A stretch of DNA of 42,178 nucleotides from Octopus sinensis (lineage: Eukaryota), in NCBI RefSeq assembly GCF_006345805.1, contig NW_021835209.1, positions 1-42,178 of the forward strand, in the 5' to 3' direction. The translations under genes were made by a program, and so were the position numbers. This document shows, one piece after another, positions 24,160 through 36,380 of this stretch (within the stretch, counting starts at the first letter, position 1; every line of letters begins with the position of its first letter). The notes beneath the pieces are model-generated. The model saw only the letters and a list, made by a program, of their open reading frames with translations. It did not search any database and had not been told where the DNA came from.

Positions 24160-24582
24160 AACTGTTATTGTCGTTGTTGTTGTTGTTGGTGGTGGTGGTG
24201 GTGTTCTTGTTGTTGCTCTTGTTGTTACCGTAGTGTTTATAGTAATCAATACTAGCACAATACCATATCTATATCGCTGTCAGCTAATTTCACATTCAGC
24301 CGACCCATTCTCTCTTGCAACAAAGGCTGCAACGATAACAACAACAACAACAACAACAACAATGACATGAACAACGTTAACAACAGCAATAATGGAAGCA
24401 GAAACAACAACAACGAACTGAACAACAGTGAGAATTGGGATGAGGAGGGGGGAGGAGAGGAGGAGGCTGTGGAACAGGAGGATGAGGAGAAGAAGAAGAA
24501 GAAGAAGAAGAAGAAGAAGAAGAAGAAGAAGAAGAAGAAGAAGAAGAAGAAGAAGAAGAAGAAGAAGAAGAAGAAGAAGAAG
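23870..24582. repeat. (TTG)/(CTA)/(CAA)/(GAA)n microsatellites
   Basis: Direct reading. Confidence 0.9.
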
Positions 24583-24905
24583 CCGAGGTTGACTTTGCGT
24601 TTCATCCTTTCGGGGGTCGATTTAATAAGTACCAGTTACGCACTGGGTCGATATAATTGACTTAATCCGTTTGTGTGTCCTTGTTTGTCCTCTCTGTGTT
24701 TATCCCCTCCTGGGTAGTAAAGAAATAGGTATTTCGTCTGCCTTTACGTTCTGAGTTCAAATTCCGGCGAGGTTGACTTTGTCTTTCATCCCTTCGGGGT
24801 CGATAAATTAAGTACAAATCACGCACTGGGGTCGATGTAATCGACTTAATCCGTTTGTGTGTCCTTGTTTGTCCCCTCTATGTTAAGCTCCTTGTGGGCA
24901 ATAAA
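24583..24905 (+). mobile_element. family B SINE body, two tandem 184-bp units
   Basis: gaggttgactttg at 24585 and 24769. Confidence 0.88.
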
Positions 24906-24911
24906 AAAATA

Positions 24912-25075
24912 AGATGTAACAGATCGTGCGAAAGATACAGTGGACAAGGTAATCAGATATACGCTTAAGGAATACGGGGCTGGACGGTCACGACTGGAAT
25001 TCTTGTAATCAAAGGTCTACATAATCATTGCCGACAAGGGGCTGAATGACAACAACAACAACAACAGCAACAACA
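24912..25075 (+). mobile_element. family E repeat 3' end with (CAA)n tail
   Basis: ggacggtcacgactggaattc...ggggctgaatgacaacaac; shares motifs with 41505-42153. Confidence 0.55.
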
Positions 25076-25344
25076 AAAACAACTTATTATACAAGTTTCA
25101 AATACAGCCTTGACATGACGGAAATACCAATCCAAATCCCTGCACATCATACCCCATTACCTTCTGAACAAGGGAGGTCACGTGAGACACATGAAATCAT
25201 TTACGTTCTAAGTTCAAATCTCACCAAAGTTAATTTCATCTTTCATCACCCAAATCCCACCACCCCGGGACTGATAAAATATTGTACCGGCCTAGTATGG
25301 ACACCTTCTCTCTATTTCTTGCTTTGTTTTCATATAAAAAAAAA

Positions 25345-25425
25345 TCATCACCATCATCATCTTCATCATCATCTTCATCATCATCATCATCATCATCATC
25401 ATTATCACCATCATCATCATCATCG

Positions 25426-25459
<34 letters not shown>

Positions 25460-25482
25460 TATCACCATCATCATCATCATCG

Positions 25483-25520
<38 letters not shown>

Positions 25521-25623
25521 GTCATCATCATCGTCATCATCATCATCATCATCATCATCATCGTCATCATCATCATCATCGTCATCATCATCATCATCGT
25601 CATCATCATCATCATCATCGTCG

Positions 25624-25673
<50 letters not shown>

Positions 25674-25704
25674 GTCATCACCATCATCACCATCATCATC
25701 GTCG

Positions 25705-25743
<39 letters not shown>

Positions 25744-25745
25744 CT
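25345..25745. repeat. (CAT)n microsatellite
   Basis: Direct reading. Confidence 0.97.
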
Positions 25746-26219
25746 ATAGAATCTTTTAAGCGTTGGAAATCTGCTTTAACGTATTTCTCCGGTTCATCAT
25801 GTTCTGAGTTCAAATCCTGTGACGTCAACTTAGCCTTTTCATTTTTCATTTTCAGGATGGGTGAGATAAAGCATTACTCAGAATTAAGTACCTTGTGCCT
25901 AAATTGGAAATAACAATTATTATTGTTGTTGGCGTTGTTATAATAAATTCAATACGTCACGTGATATGTAAATTCTTTTTTTTTTAAATTTTGTTTTGTT
26001 TTGTTTTGTTTTTCTTGTTTGTCTCTGCCCATTGGGTTTTGCGGTTATTAATGGAAACATTAAAAGACTCTAAGAAAACCGTTAATGAGAAGTGAACCGC
26101 TCATCTCTTGCTCGCCTCTGTACACAGAATATTCATTAGCTTTTCATTCGAATGTTTCACGTCTTCATTCCATGTTTTTTTATTTGTTTGTTTGCTTTCT
26201 TGTTTTCTTGTTGTTGTCT

Positions 26220-26278
26220 CTCTTCTTCTTCTTCTTCTTCTTCTTCTTCTTTTATATTATTCTTATTATTATTTATTA

Positions 26279-26317
<39 letters not shown>

Positions 26318-26769
26318 TACTACTACTGCTATTATTATTATTATTATTATTCTTATTATTATTACTATTATTATTATTATTATTACTACTACTACTACTA
26401 CTACTACTATACTACTACTACTACTACTACTACTACTCTATTATTATTATTATTTTATTATTATTTATTATTATCTACTATTATTATATTATTATTAATA
26501 TTACTACTACTACTACTACTACTACTACTATTATTATTATTATTATTATTACTATTATTATTATTATTATTATTATATTATTATTATATTATTATACTAC
26601 TACTACTTACTATTTTATTATTATATTATTATTATTATTATTATTATATTATTATTATTATTATTATTATTATTACTTACTACTATCATTATTATTATTA
26701 TTATTACTATTATTATTATTATTATATATTATTACTACTACTATTATTATTATTATTATTATTATTATT
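26220..26769. repeat. (CTT)n then (ATT)n/(ACT)n microsatellite
   Basis: Direct reading. Confidence 0.95.
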
Positions 26770-27327
26770 GAGTGAGAGAGCAGTTCATGCCAATCAAAGT
26801 GACACTGGGGTAAAATATACGAAGCCCAATATACCATCATGACTACCCGTCTGATAAGGGCACACCAGGCACATGCATCACAACATATGTGCGAGACATG
26901 GTGATCTCATATCAAGATAAACAGCACATGACCTTGCAGGTGGGGCCCAGTTAGAATTTTGTTCAGGGTGAGTAGCCCATCCCGCTCAAACGGTCCCTGA
27001 ATAAGGGTTGTTTAAGGATGTTGAAAGAACCACCCATGTTTCCAGAGGTGAATTATTCAAACCCCAAAAAATCCGTCTCAACACATGGCTATGATGCTCC
27101 CCCACTACTTCTGCTTGTGATCAGAGATGCACATATCGTCAGCCACTAAGGGACATGCTCAACTGGTTAAGGTCAAACAACTGACAAGCAAATCTGTGGT
27201 ATTGAGCAGAATATTTGCTGTAGCCCATCTTTTATACCAAGACAAAACAATGTACATGATAAAACAATTCAATCAGTTAAGATCAGAAGCCATGAGAGCC
27301 ACTGCCTGGTACTGCATCAGGGCATTT
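26770..27327. mobile_element. 558-bp non-coding interspersed element embedded in (ATT)n
   Basis: Complex sequence gagtgagagagcag...ctgcatcagggcattt with (ATT)n on both sides, no TIRs, no ORF; recalled as a high-copy octopus repeat. Confidence 0.65.
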
Positions 27328-27384
27328 ATTTTATTATTATTATTATTACTATTATTATTATTATTATTATTATCATTATTATTA

Positions 27385-27424
<40 letters not shown>

Positions 27425-28106
27425 TACTATTATTATTATTATTATTATTATTATTCTTTAGATGATTATTATCATTATACCATTTAAATATCTTAAGCAA
27501 GGTCATCTTCATCATCCTCATCATCGTCATCATCATAACCACCACCTTCTTTTTCGTTCCTTCCCTCTTTTCTCCCGTTCCTTCTCTCGAAAATTCCCTA
27601 ACAACCATCCTCATTATCATCAACATCATCATCATCATCAATATCATCAACATCATTTTGTCTTCATTATCTTCTGCCTCCTCCTCAAAATTTTCGAAAC
27701 CACCGTTCTCATCAAAACCATCATCATCCATCTTGCTTTCATTACTCTCTGCCTACACCTGAAAATTATCGTAACCATCATTGCAAACCTCATCATCATC
27801 ATCATCATCATCGTCGTCATCGTCATCACCATGGCAATCGTCATCATTTTGATCATCATCACTACCACCACCACCACCACCATTACAATTATCATTAACA
27901 CCATCGTCATCATCATTGTCATCATTGCTCTCACCCACCCCCTTTATCACCGTGATTATCAGCATCATCATCGCCATCACGATTCTTCACATCATCGTTC
28001 TTCTCCCAATCATCTTAGCTTTGTCTCCACAACTTCATTAAAGATTCCCAGCGTTCTTCTATGTTGCAACTCCAGCTCAGAATTCGTTCATATCTCCCAA
28101 TCTGTC

Positions 28107-28170
<64 letters not shown>
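27328..28170. repeat. (ATT)n, (CAT)n-rich and (CT)n microsatellites
   Basis: Direct reading. Confidence 0.88.
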
Positions 28171-28174
<4 letters not shown>

Positions 28175-28561
28175 AACTATCTATCTACGTATCTCTTCGT
28201 TTTCAGTTATTCTGTAATATCTGAATAACTGAAATCAGTATGCATGTGTCTCTTCTCTTTTGAATTATTTAAATCCTTCCTTCGAGGAAGGGGCTGGCTT
28301 CAAGCAAAGATACAAAACTCCATCGTTGGAACATAGAAAAAAAACAGCCTTACATTTTAAACTTGAGAAAAGTCTTGCACATTTTTACTGTTCCACTTAC
28401 AGACGGCATTTTGATATCCGAGTTATTTGGTCGATATTTTTTCTCTGAAAATCCAAACTTATCCTTACTATCATTTAGCCACTTGCTCACAAAGCTAAGT
28501 GCAGCAATTATTATGGTATAAACACAAATCCGGATGCTGGAGTTTCGACGCAGTTTTCCAT

Positions 28562-28860
28562 AGCCACGGGCCGACCAAAGCCTTGTGAGTGGATTTGGTA
28601 GACAGAAACTGAAAGAAGCCTGTCTATATATGTGTGTGTGTGTTTGTATGTCTGTGTTTGTCCCCCCAACATCGTTTGACAAACGATGGTGGTGTGTTTA
28701 CGTCCCCGTAACTTAGCGATTTTCAGCAAGAGAAACCGATAGAATAAGTACTAGGCTTACAAAGAATATGTTCTGGGGTCGATTTGCTCAACTAAACGCG
28801 GTGCTCCAGCATGGCCACAGTCAAATGACTGAAACAAATAAAATAGTAAAATGGAAGAGT
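28562..28860 (+). mobile_element. family A SINE, 5'-truncated
   Basis: gggccgaccaaagccttgtgagtggatttggtagac...gtcaaatgactgaaac. Confidence 0.88.
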
Positions 28861-30074
28861 ATATGCACATGTATATATATACATATACACATTTGCGCGT
28901 ATATATATATGTGTGTATACGTATATGTGTGTATGTATATAAATCTGTATACATACATGCACATATGTGTATGTGTGTGTGTATGTGAGTGTGTGTGTGT
29001 CTGTGTGTGTGTGTTTCTTCTTTAGTCTCCTCATTATTTTTCTTTCTCTTTCTCTCTCGCTCTCTCCCACTCTTTCTACGGAATTATGCCCCGTTCTAAC
29101 ATCTCGATTGTTATCCGTTTGTTTGTCCCTACAATCCCCCCCTTCTCCCACCTTCATCACCCTTTATCCCACCCACAATCCATTTCCAAATCTCTTCATG
29201 TCAATTCTGTAATCCACCCCATAATAACTCCTTGTTCACATGGTCCCTATTTAATGCCCTGTCGACCACAAATTAACCATAGCGCGCTAAATTTCCACTT
29301 TGGCGGGAATTGGGTGAAACCGACGCCATTTTCTTATTGCTATTTTATTTTTATTTAATTCCGTTCCGTGGTAAAGTGTCTGAAAAAGGTTATGCTCTTT
29401 GCAGTTCTTCAACCCTTTGCATTCACCGTTCAAATTCTACCGGCAGCGATTTTCGTTTACCAACAAAATTTCTAATAACAGAATAAAGGAACCCTAATGT
29501 TCTGTTCAGGCTCCTTGACTGATTTCGCTCAGCTGCGGTAGACAGAATGTATCCGATTGTTTGGAAAGTTTTATTTGTGATAAAATGATATCCCAGAAAG
29601 AATTATAGATTGGTACTCTATCCTAGAGGAGAATTAACTCACATCAGAGTGTTTTATTTCCACTACTGAATACTATCGAACAGATTTTCGAAATCAGCAA
29701 ATGTATTTTGCTTGAAAATCTATATATGAATATCCTGCAGAGTGAGAGTTCGTCGAGGAAGCGGAAGCCTACCACACGCCGACGATAGGCAATACACCTT
29801 GAAACCATGGTCCGTGTGTGGTTTCCGCTTCATCGGGGAATTACCTCCCTTTGCAGGTTAAAGGACACCGTGACGGTGTCGGGCCTATCTGGTGACGTCG
29901 ATGTTCGCCTGGGGCTAAATGCAACAGTAACACCCCCACCACCCTGCCCTGTCCCTAGCCATATTCAGATGGCTTTAGTCCCTTATGTTACTGAATACTA
30001 TATTCTACGTTAAAGTTATGCACCTATTTATCTGGTGATAAATAGATACTAGTGAATATTAGCAAAATTCAGCC

Positions 30075-30295
30075 AGTTAACGTTAATCAGTCAACGTCCA
30101 GTTCTATATTTCCGAGATGAGGAATTATGTACATTATTTATATTATTTACATTTAATGGATATTTGTTCCCATCTTGTTTGTTGTTAACACAACATTTTC
30201 GGCTGATATAGCCTCCAGCCTTCATCAGGTGTATTGGGGAAATTTCGAACCTGGGTTCTCATTCCTAAGGTATTTTTTGATGTTTTTGTTGTTGT
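30075..30295 (-). mobile_element. Penelope-type non-autonomous repeat (pLTR-like)
   Basis: Carries the CTGATGA..GAAA signature on the minus strand; a second partial copy lies at 40885-41000 (+). Confidence 0.6.
30187..30232 (-). ncRNA. minimal type I hammerhead-ribozyme-like motif, probably degenerate
   Basis: 5'-ACAC CUGAUGA A GGCUG GAGGCUAUAU CAGCC GAAA AUGU U GUGU-3': core boxes, 5-bp stem II and 4-bp stem I are present; helix III is not the palindromic ACGU. Confidence 0.55.
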
Positions 30296-30303
30296 TATTG
30301 TTA

Positions 30304-30370
<67 letters not shown>

Positions 30371-30751
30371 TAACCCCAAGATTTCGAGTTCAATTCCTGG
30401 AAGTGCGAAAGTGTTTTAGGTTTCGAGCCTACACAGAATTAAACAGGGAGAGAAAATGAAAAAAAGGTTTAGTGGCTAGCGATCTATTTTGGCGAATATA
30501 TATATATTTGTGAAAAGTGGGACGTTGTCTCACAAGAAACTGTGCAAGTAAAAGTGTCAGTAAATGTGGTCGGATTGACCTGAAAATTTGCACACCTATG
30601 TTAAAAGTGCTGAGGAGTGTGCATGGCAACTTTGGGTTTGCTGAATTGTAAGGCGTGGCATCTAGGGCAAAATTCCTCATCTTTAAAATGTGGCAGGAGT
30701 AGACCCGAATGAAATCGGGTTGTAATACTATAATACACACACACACACACA

Positions 30752-30807
<56 letters not shown>

Positions 30808-30814
30808 TATATAT

Positions 30815-30846
<32 letters not shown>

Positions 30847-31099
30847 ATATATATATATATATATGTATACGTATATATGCAAACCGAAACACATACTCAC
30901 ATACGTACGCTAAGTACACATATAAGCATGTATGCACATACATACACATATAATACACACAGAGGCAGACACTTGTACACATAAGTACACACACAAACAC
31001 TTACAGTCGGACATATTTTGATTTCGGCTTGATAAAAAGAATATATCTCACATACTGACGCATACATCGCTTGTTTAGGAAAATATTGTCAATGTTCTG

Positions 31100-31101
31100 G
31101 G

Positions 31102-31148
<47 letters not shown>

Positions 31149-31216
31149 CCAGCATCATCATCATCACCAGCATCACTGCTGCCATCACCATCGTCTTCAT
31201 CATCATCATCATCATC

Positions 31217-31265
<49 letters not shown>

Positions 31266-31270
31266 CCCTC

Positions 31271-31301
<31 letters not shown>

Positions 31302-31330
31302 CCAGCATCACTGCTGCCATCACCATCGTC

Positions 31331-31388
<58 letters not shown>

Positions 31389-31457
31389 CCATCATCATTA
31401 TCATCAGCAGCATCACTGCTGCCATCACCATCATCATCATCATCGTCATCATCATCG

Positions 31458-31501
<44 letters not shown>

Positions 31502-32230
31502 GTCATCAACATCGTCAATTGCAATCACTGCCGCTATCATCATCATCGTCAACGTTTTGATGATAAGCATCTTCATTAGCATGCTTTACCACCATGATAA
31601 TCCTTATCGTGATAATCTCCTTCATTATTATTATCAGCATCATCATCACCAAGTAGTGGCAGCAACAGCAGCAGCGCCATCTCCGCCGCCACCACCACCA
31701 CCATCAACCATCACTAAACCCATCCTTCTCTCCATCATCATCAGTAGTATGACAATCAACATTCATCACCATCATCATCATCAACATCAACAAGAACAAA
31801 AACGTCATCAACATCATCGTTGTCATCGACACTCCAATCGTGACCTCCACTATGAACACCACCACCACCACATCCACCACCACTACTATCATCATCATTA
31901 TCGTCATCGTCATTGTCATCATCATCATCATCATCATCATCGTCATCATCATCGTCATCATCATCATCATCGTCATCATCATCGTCATCATCATCGTCAT
32001 CATCATCGTCATCATCATCGTCATCATGTTCCCTACCACTATCGACTCCACCGTCATCATCATCATCATAACAATCATCATGTTCACCGTCATCACTTCA
32101 AATATTATTTTTCTTTTTCGATTTCGTTTCCTGTCTTCCATCACTGTCCACTGTTCCCACCAGGACCACCACGACTGCCACCACTAGTTTATATATATAT
32201 CTCATTCTCCACCTCCTCCTCCTTCTGTTC
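31100..32230. repeat. (CAT)n-rich block with a thrice-repeated cagcatcactgctgccatcaccatc unit
   Basis: Direct reading. Confidence 0.92.
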
Positions 32231-32419
32231 CTCTTAACCAGTTTATGTCTTCCTCTGTGCTGTCCTTCGTAGCACAATATCAGTCGGCCATGTTGAAACA
32301 TTAACCGTTCAGTGTGTCGCTTACGTTGCTAATAAACCACCAAACTGTCTGCCAGAGCGATGTTAATGTCTTCCCACGTTTCCAGTATTGGCGATAGCTT
32401 TATGTACGTCTTTTCATAC

Positions 32420-32504
32420 CAGCACCACCGTCACTGTCGACACCACCGCCACTACTACTACCACCTCAACAAAGATGACGACAATGGAAGAAGGGGAAGA
32501 AGAA

Positions 32505-32552
<48 letters not shown>

Positions 32553-32782
32553 AGAGGAGTAGGAGGAAGAGAAGAAGAAAAGGAAGATGAAGATGATGAC
32601 GATGATGATGATGAAGATGACAATGATGATGATGATGATGATGATGGAGGAGGAAGAAGAAGAAGAAGAAGATGATGATAATGATGATGATGATGATGAA
32701 AATGATGATTGAGAATGATTAGGAGGAGGAGGAGGAAGAGAAAAGAAGATGATAATGTTTTGGAAGAGGAGTAGGAGGAAGA

Positions 32783-32834
<52 letters not shown>

Positions 32835-32853
32835 TGTGGTGGTTGTGGTGGTG

Positions 32854-32888
<35 letters not shown>

Positions 32889-32890
32889 TT
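32420..32890. repeat. (GAT)/(GAA)/(GAG)/(TAG) microsatellites
   Basis: Direct reading. Confidence 0.9.
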
Positions 32891-32924
32891 AGGAGTATTG
32901 TTATTTCAAATTTTTGCAACAAGG

Positions 32925-33121
32925 GCAGCTTGACGGAGGTGTGGATGTGTCGATAAAATAAGTACCAGTGCTCAACTGGTACTTATTTTATCGACCTCGA
33001 AAGGATGAAAGGCAAAGTCGACCTCGCCAAAATTTGAACTCAGAACTCAGAACGTAGTAACGGGCGAAATACCGCTAAACATTTCGTCCGGCGTGCTAAG
33101 GATTCTGCCAGCTCACCGCCT
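32925..33121 (-). mobile_element. family B SINE containing a perfect 21-bp fold-back
   Basis: Head end ctgccagctcaccgcc at about 33105-33120; body atcgacctcgaaaggatgaaaggcaaagtcgacctcg. Confidence 0.88.
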
Positions 33122-33137
33122 TAGTAGTAGTAGTAGT

Positions 33138-33197
<60 letters not shown>

Positions 33198-33325
33198 ATG
33201 TTGGTGGTGGTGATAAAAATAACAAGAAGTAGAAGAAGAAGAAGAAGAAGAAGAAGAAGAAGAAGAAGAAGAAGAAGAAGAAGAAGAAAAGAAGAAGAAG
33301 AAGAAGAAAAAGAAGAAGAAGAAGA

Positions 33326-33460
33326 ATTCTTTCTAATAAAGGCACAAGGCCTGAAATTTTGGTGGAGGAGATAAGTCGATCACATCGGCTCCAGCACTTG
33401 ACTGGTACTTAATTTATCGACCCGAAAGGATGAAAGACAAAGTTGACCTCGGCAGAATTT
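33326..33460 (-). mobile_element. family B SINE body and tail adjoining the head array
   Basis: ggcacaaggcctgaaattttgg...actggtacttaatttatcgacccgaaaggatgaaag. Confidence 0.88.
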
Positions 33461-35216
33461 GAACTCAGAACGTAAAGACGACGAAATGCTACTAAGACTT
33501 TCGCCCGGCGTGCTAATGATTTTGCCAGCTCGGCACCTTAAAGATGAAAGGCAGGTTCGGCTACGGCGGAATTTGAACTCAGAACGTAAAGACGAAATGC
33601 TACTAAGACTTTCGCCCGGCGTGCTAATGATTTTGCCAGCTCGGCACCTAAAGACCAAAGGCAGGTTCGGCTACGGCGGATTTGAACTCAGAACGTAAAG
33701 ACGAAATGCTACTAAGACTTTCGCCCGGCGTGCTAATGATTTTGCCAGCTCGGCACCTTAAAGATGAAAGGCAGGTTCGGCTACGGCGGAATTTGAACTC
33801 AGAACGTAAAGACGAAATGCTACTAAGACTTTCGCCCGGCGTGCTAATGATTTTGCCAGCTCGGCACCTTAAAGACCAAAGGCAGGTTCGGCTACGGCGG
33901 AATTTGAACTCAGAACGTAAAGACGAAATGCTACTAAGACTTTCGCCCGGCGTGCTAATGATTTTGCCAGCTCGGCACCTTAAAGACCAAAGGCAGGTTC
34001 GGCTACGGCGGAATTTGAACTCAGAACGTAAAGACGACGAAATGCTACTAAGACTTTCGCCCGGCGTGCTAATGATTTTGCCAGCTCGGCACCTTAAAGA
34101 CCAAAGGCAGGTTCGGCTACGGCGGAATTTGAACTCAGAACGTAAAGACGAATGCTACTAAGACTTTCGCCGCGGCGTGCTAACGATTTTGCCAGCTCGG
34201 CACCTTAAAGACCAAAGGCAGGTTCGGCTACGGCGGAATTTGAACTCAGAACGTAAGACGAAATGCTACTAAGACTTTCGCGCCCGGCGTGCTAATGATT
34301 TTGCCAGCTCGGCACCTTAAAGACCAAAGGCAGGTTCGGCTACGGCGGAATTTGAACTCAGAACGTAAAGACGACGAAATGCTACTAAGACTTTCGCCCG
34401 GCGTGCTAACGATTTTGCCAGCTCGGCACCTTAAAGACCAAAGGCAGGTTCGGCTACGGCGGAATTTGAACTCAGAACGTAAAGACGAAATGCTACTAAG
34501 ACTTTCGCCCGGCGTGCTAATGATTTTGCCAGCTCGGCACCTTAAAGACCAAAGGCAGGTTCGGCTACGGCGGAATTTGAACTCAGAACGTAAAGACGAA
34601 ATGCTACTAAGACTTTCGCCCGGCGTGCTAATGATTTTGCCAGCTCGGCACCTTAAAGACCAAAGGCAGGTTCGGCTACGGCGGAATTTGAACTCAGAAC
34701 GTAAGACGAAATGCTACTAAGACTTTCGTTCGCCCGGCGTGCTAATGATTTTGCCAGCTCGGCACCTTAAAGACCAAAGGCAGGTTCGGCTACGGCGGAA
34801 TTTGAACTCAGAACGTAAAGACGAAATGCTACTAAGACTTTCGCCCGGCGGTGCTAATGATTTTGCCAGCTCGGCACCTTAAAGACCAAAGGCAGGTTCG
34901 GCTACGGACGGAATTTGAACTCAGAACGTAAAGACGAAATGCTACTAAGACTTTCGCCCGGCGTGCTAATGATTTTGCCAGCTCGCACCTTAAAGACCAA
35001 AGGCAGGTTCGGCTACGGCGGAATTTGAACTCAGAACGTAAAGACGACGAAATGCTACTAAGACTTTCGCCCGGCGTGCTAACGATTTTGCCAGCTCGGC
35101 ACCTTAAAGACCAAAGGCAGGTTCGGCTACGGCGGAATTTGAACTCAGAACGTAAATAAAAGGCAAAGTGGGTTTCGTCAGAATTTGAACTCAGAACGTA
35201 AAGACGACGAAATGCT
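33461..35216 (-). repeat. tandem array of about 15 full 109-114 bp units (modal 111 bp) of the family B SINE tRNA-like head, plus a partial unit
   Basis: gaactcagaacgtaa at 33461, 33575, 33684, 33795, 33906, 34017, 34131, 34242, 34354, 34468, 34579, 34690, 34804, 34917, 35027, 35141 and 35187. Confidence 0.95.
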
Positions 35217-35835
35217 TTTCTATCTCACAGTATTTCATACATAAGACTGTAACTTATGTTCATGTAATACACAAATCGTTTCTCAGACGTACCTGAGATT
35301 TTCCATTTTGCAATTCTTATTTTCATTATCCTGCAACTCCTTCAGATTTTTGCCTTTCTTTCTTTTTTTTTTCTCTCTTCAATTATCCCACACGTCCCTC
35401 AGCAAAGATCTCCGTATTTTGTTACCTGAATTATTTCTTCTGCTGGTGTGAATTGCACCTTTGTTAAAAGTCATTTAAGATTTGGTGCTGTCTTTGGCAA
35501 TGAATAATTTGTGATTCTTTCATTATTTTACTGAGATTTGATGATTGCTATAGAATCCGAAGATAATGATTCGCCGAGTGTAAAATGCTATGGTTTCTAG
35601 AATTACCGATGACTGCAAATAAAATATTTATGATTTTGCTCATGTCTTCGCATACATTGTGAAGTTCCTTCCGCCGCATATCACAGATGTTAGGATCTCT
35701 TTTGTCTTGGTTTTGGCATGATTTACGAAATTTGTTCTTTTTTTTTTTCCAAATACTGTTGTCTCTTTATTAATACTTCTAGTTTGGTTTCTCGTCTCAT
35801 TCGTCTATTCTGTTTACTTTTTAAGATTTACTGGA

Positions 35836-35863
35836 CATGTATGTATGTAGGTATGTATGTATG

Positions 35864-35894
<31 letters not shown>

Positions 35895-36380
35895 GTATGT
35901 ATGTATGTATGTTTGTATGTATGTATGTGTATGTATGTATGTATGTATGTATGTATGTTTGTATGTAAGTATGTATGTATGTATGTATGTTTGTATGTAT
36001 GTATGTATGTATGTATGTATGTATGTTTGTATGTAAGTATGTATGTATGTATGTATGTATGTTTGTATGTATGTATGTATGTATGTTTGTATGTAAGTAT
36101 GTATGTATGTATGTATGTTTGTATGTATGTATGTATGTATGTATGTATGTATGTTTGTATGTAAGTATGTATGTATGTATGTATGTATGTATGTTTGTAT
36201 GTATGTATGTATGTATGTATGTATGTTTGTATGTATGTATGTATGTATGTTTGTATGTATGTATGTATGTATGTATGTATGTATGTATGTAGGTATGTAT
36301 GTATGTATGTATGTATGTATGTTTGTATGTATGTATGTATGTACGTATATATGTGTGTACGTATGTATGTATGCATTCAA
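35836..36380. repeat. (TATG)n with TTTG/TAAG variants
   Basis: Direct reading. Confidence 0.97.

Noticed and set aside
29754-29835. Imperfect stem of about 23 bp, and a 15-mer (ttgaaaccatggtcc) shared with the 37.1-kb hairpin
   Set aside because: The stem is imperfect and lies in an old repeat; one shared 15-mer is expected by chance in 42 kb
33461-35216. CRISPR-like array or tRNA gene cluster
   Set aside because: Units are contiguous with no unique spacers, the context is eukaryotic, and the heads do not fold into a canonical cloverleaf with an anticodon arm; they are SINE-derived
35290-35430. Minus-strand K/E-rich segment ending at a CAG|GTACGT donor
   Set aside because: Needs a frameshift in an A-run, has no clear acceptor, and shows no recognisable homology
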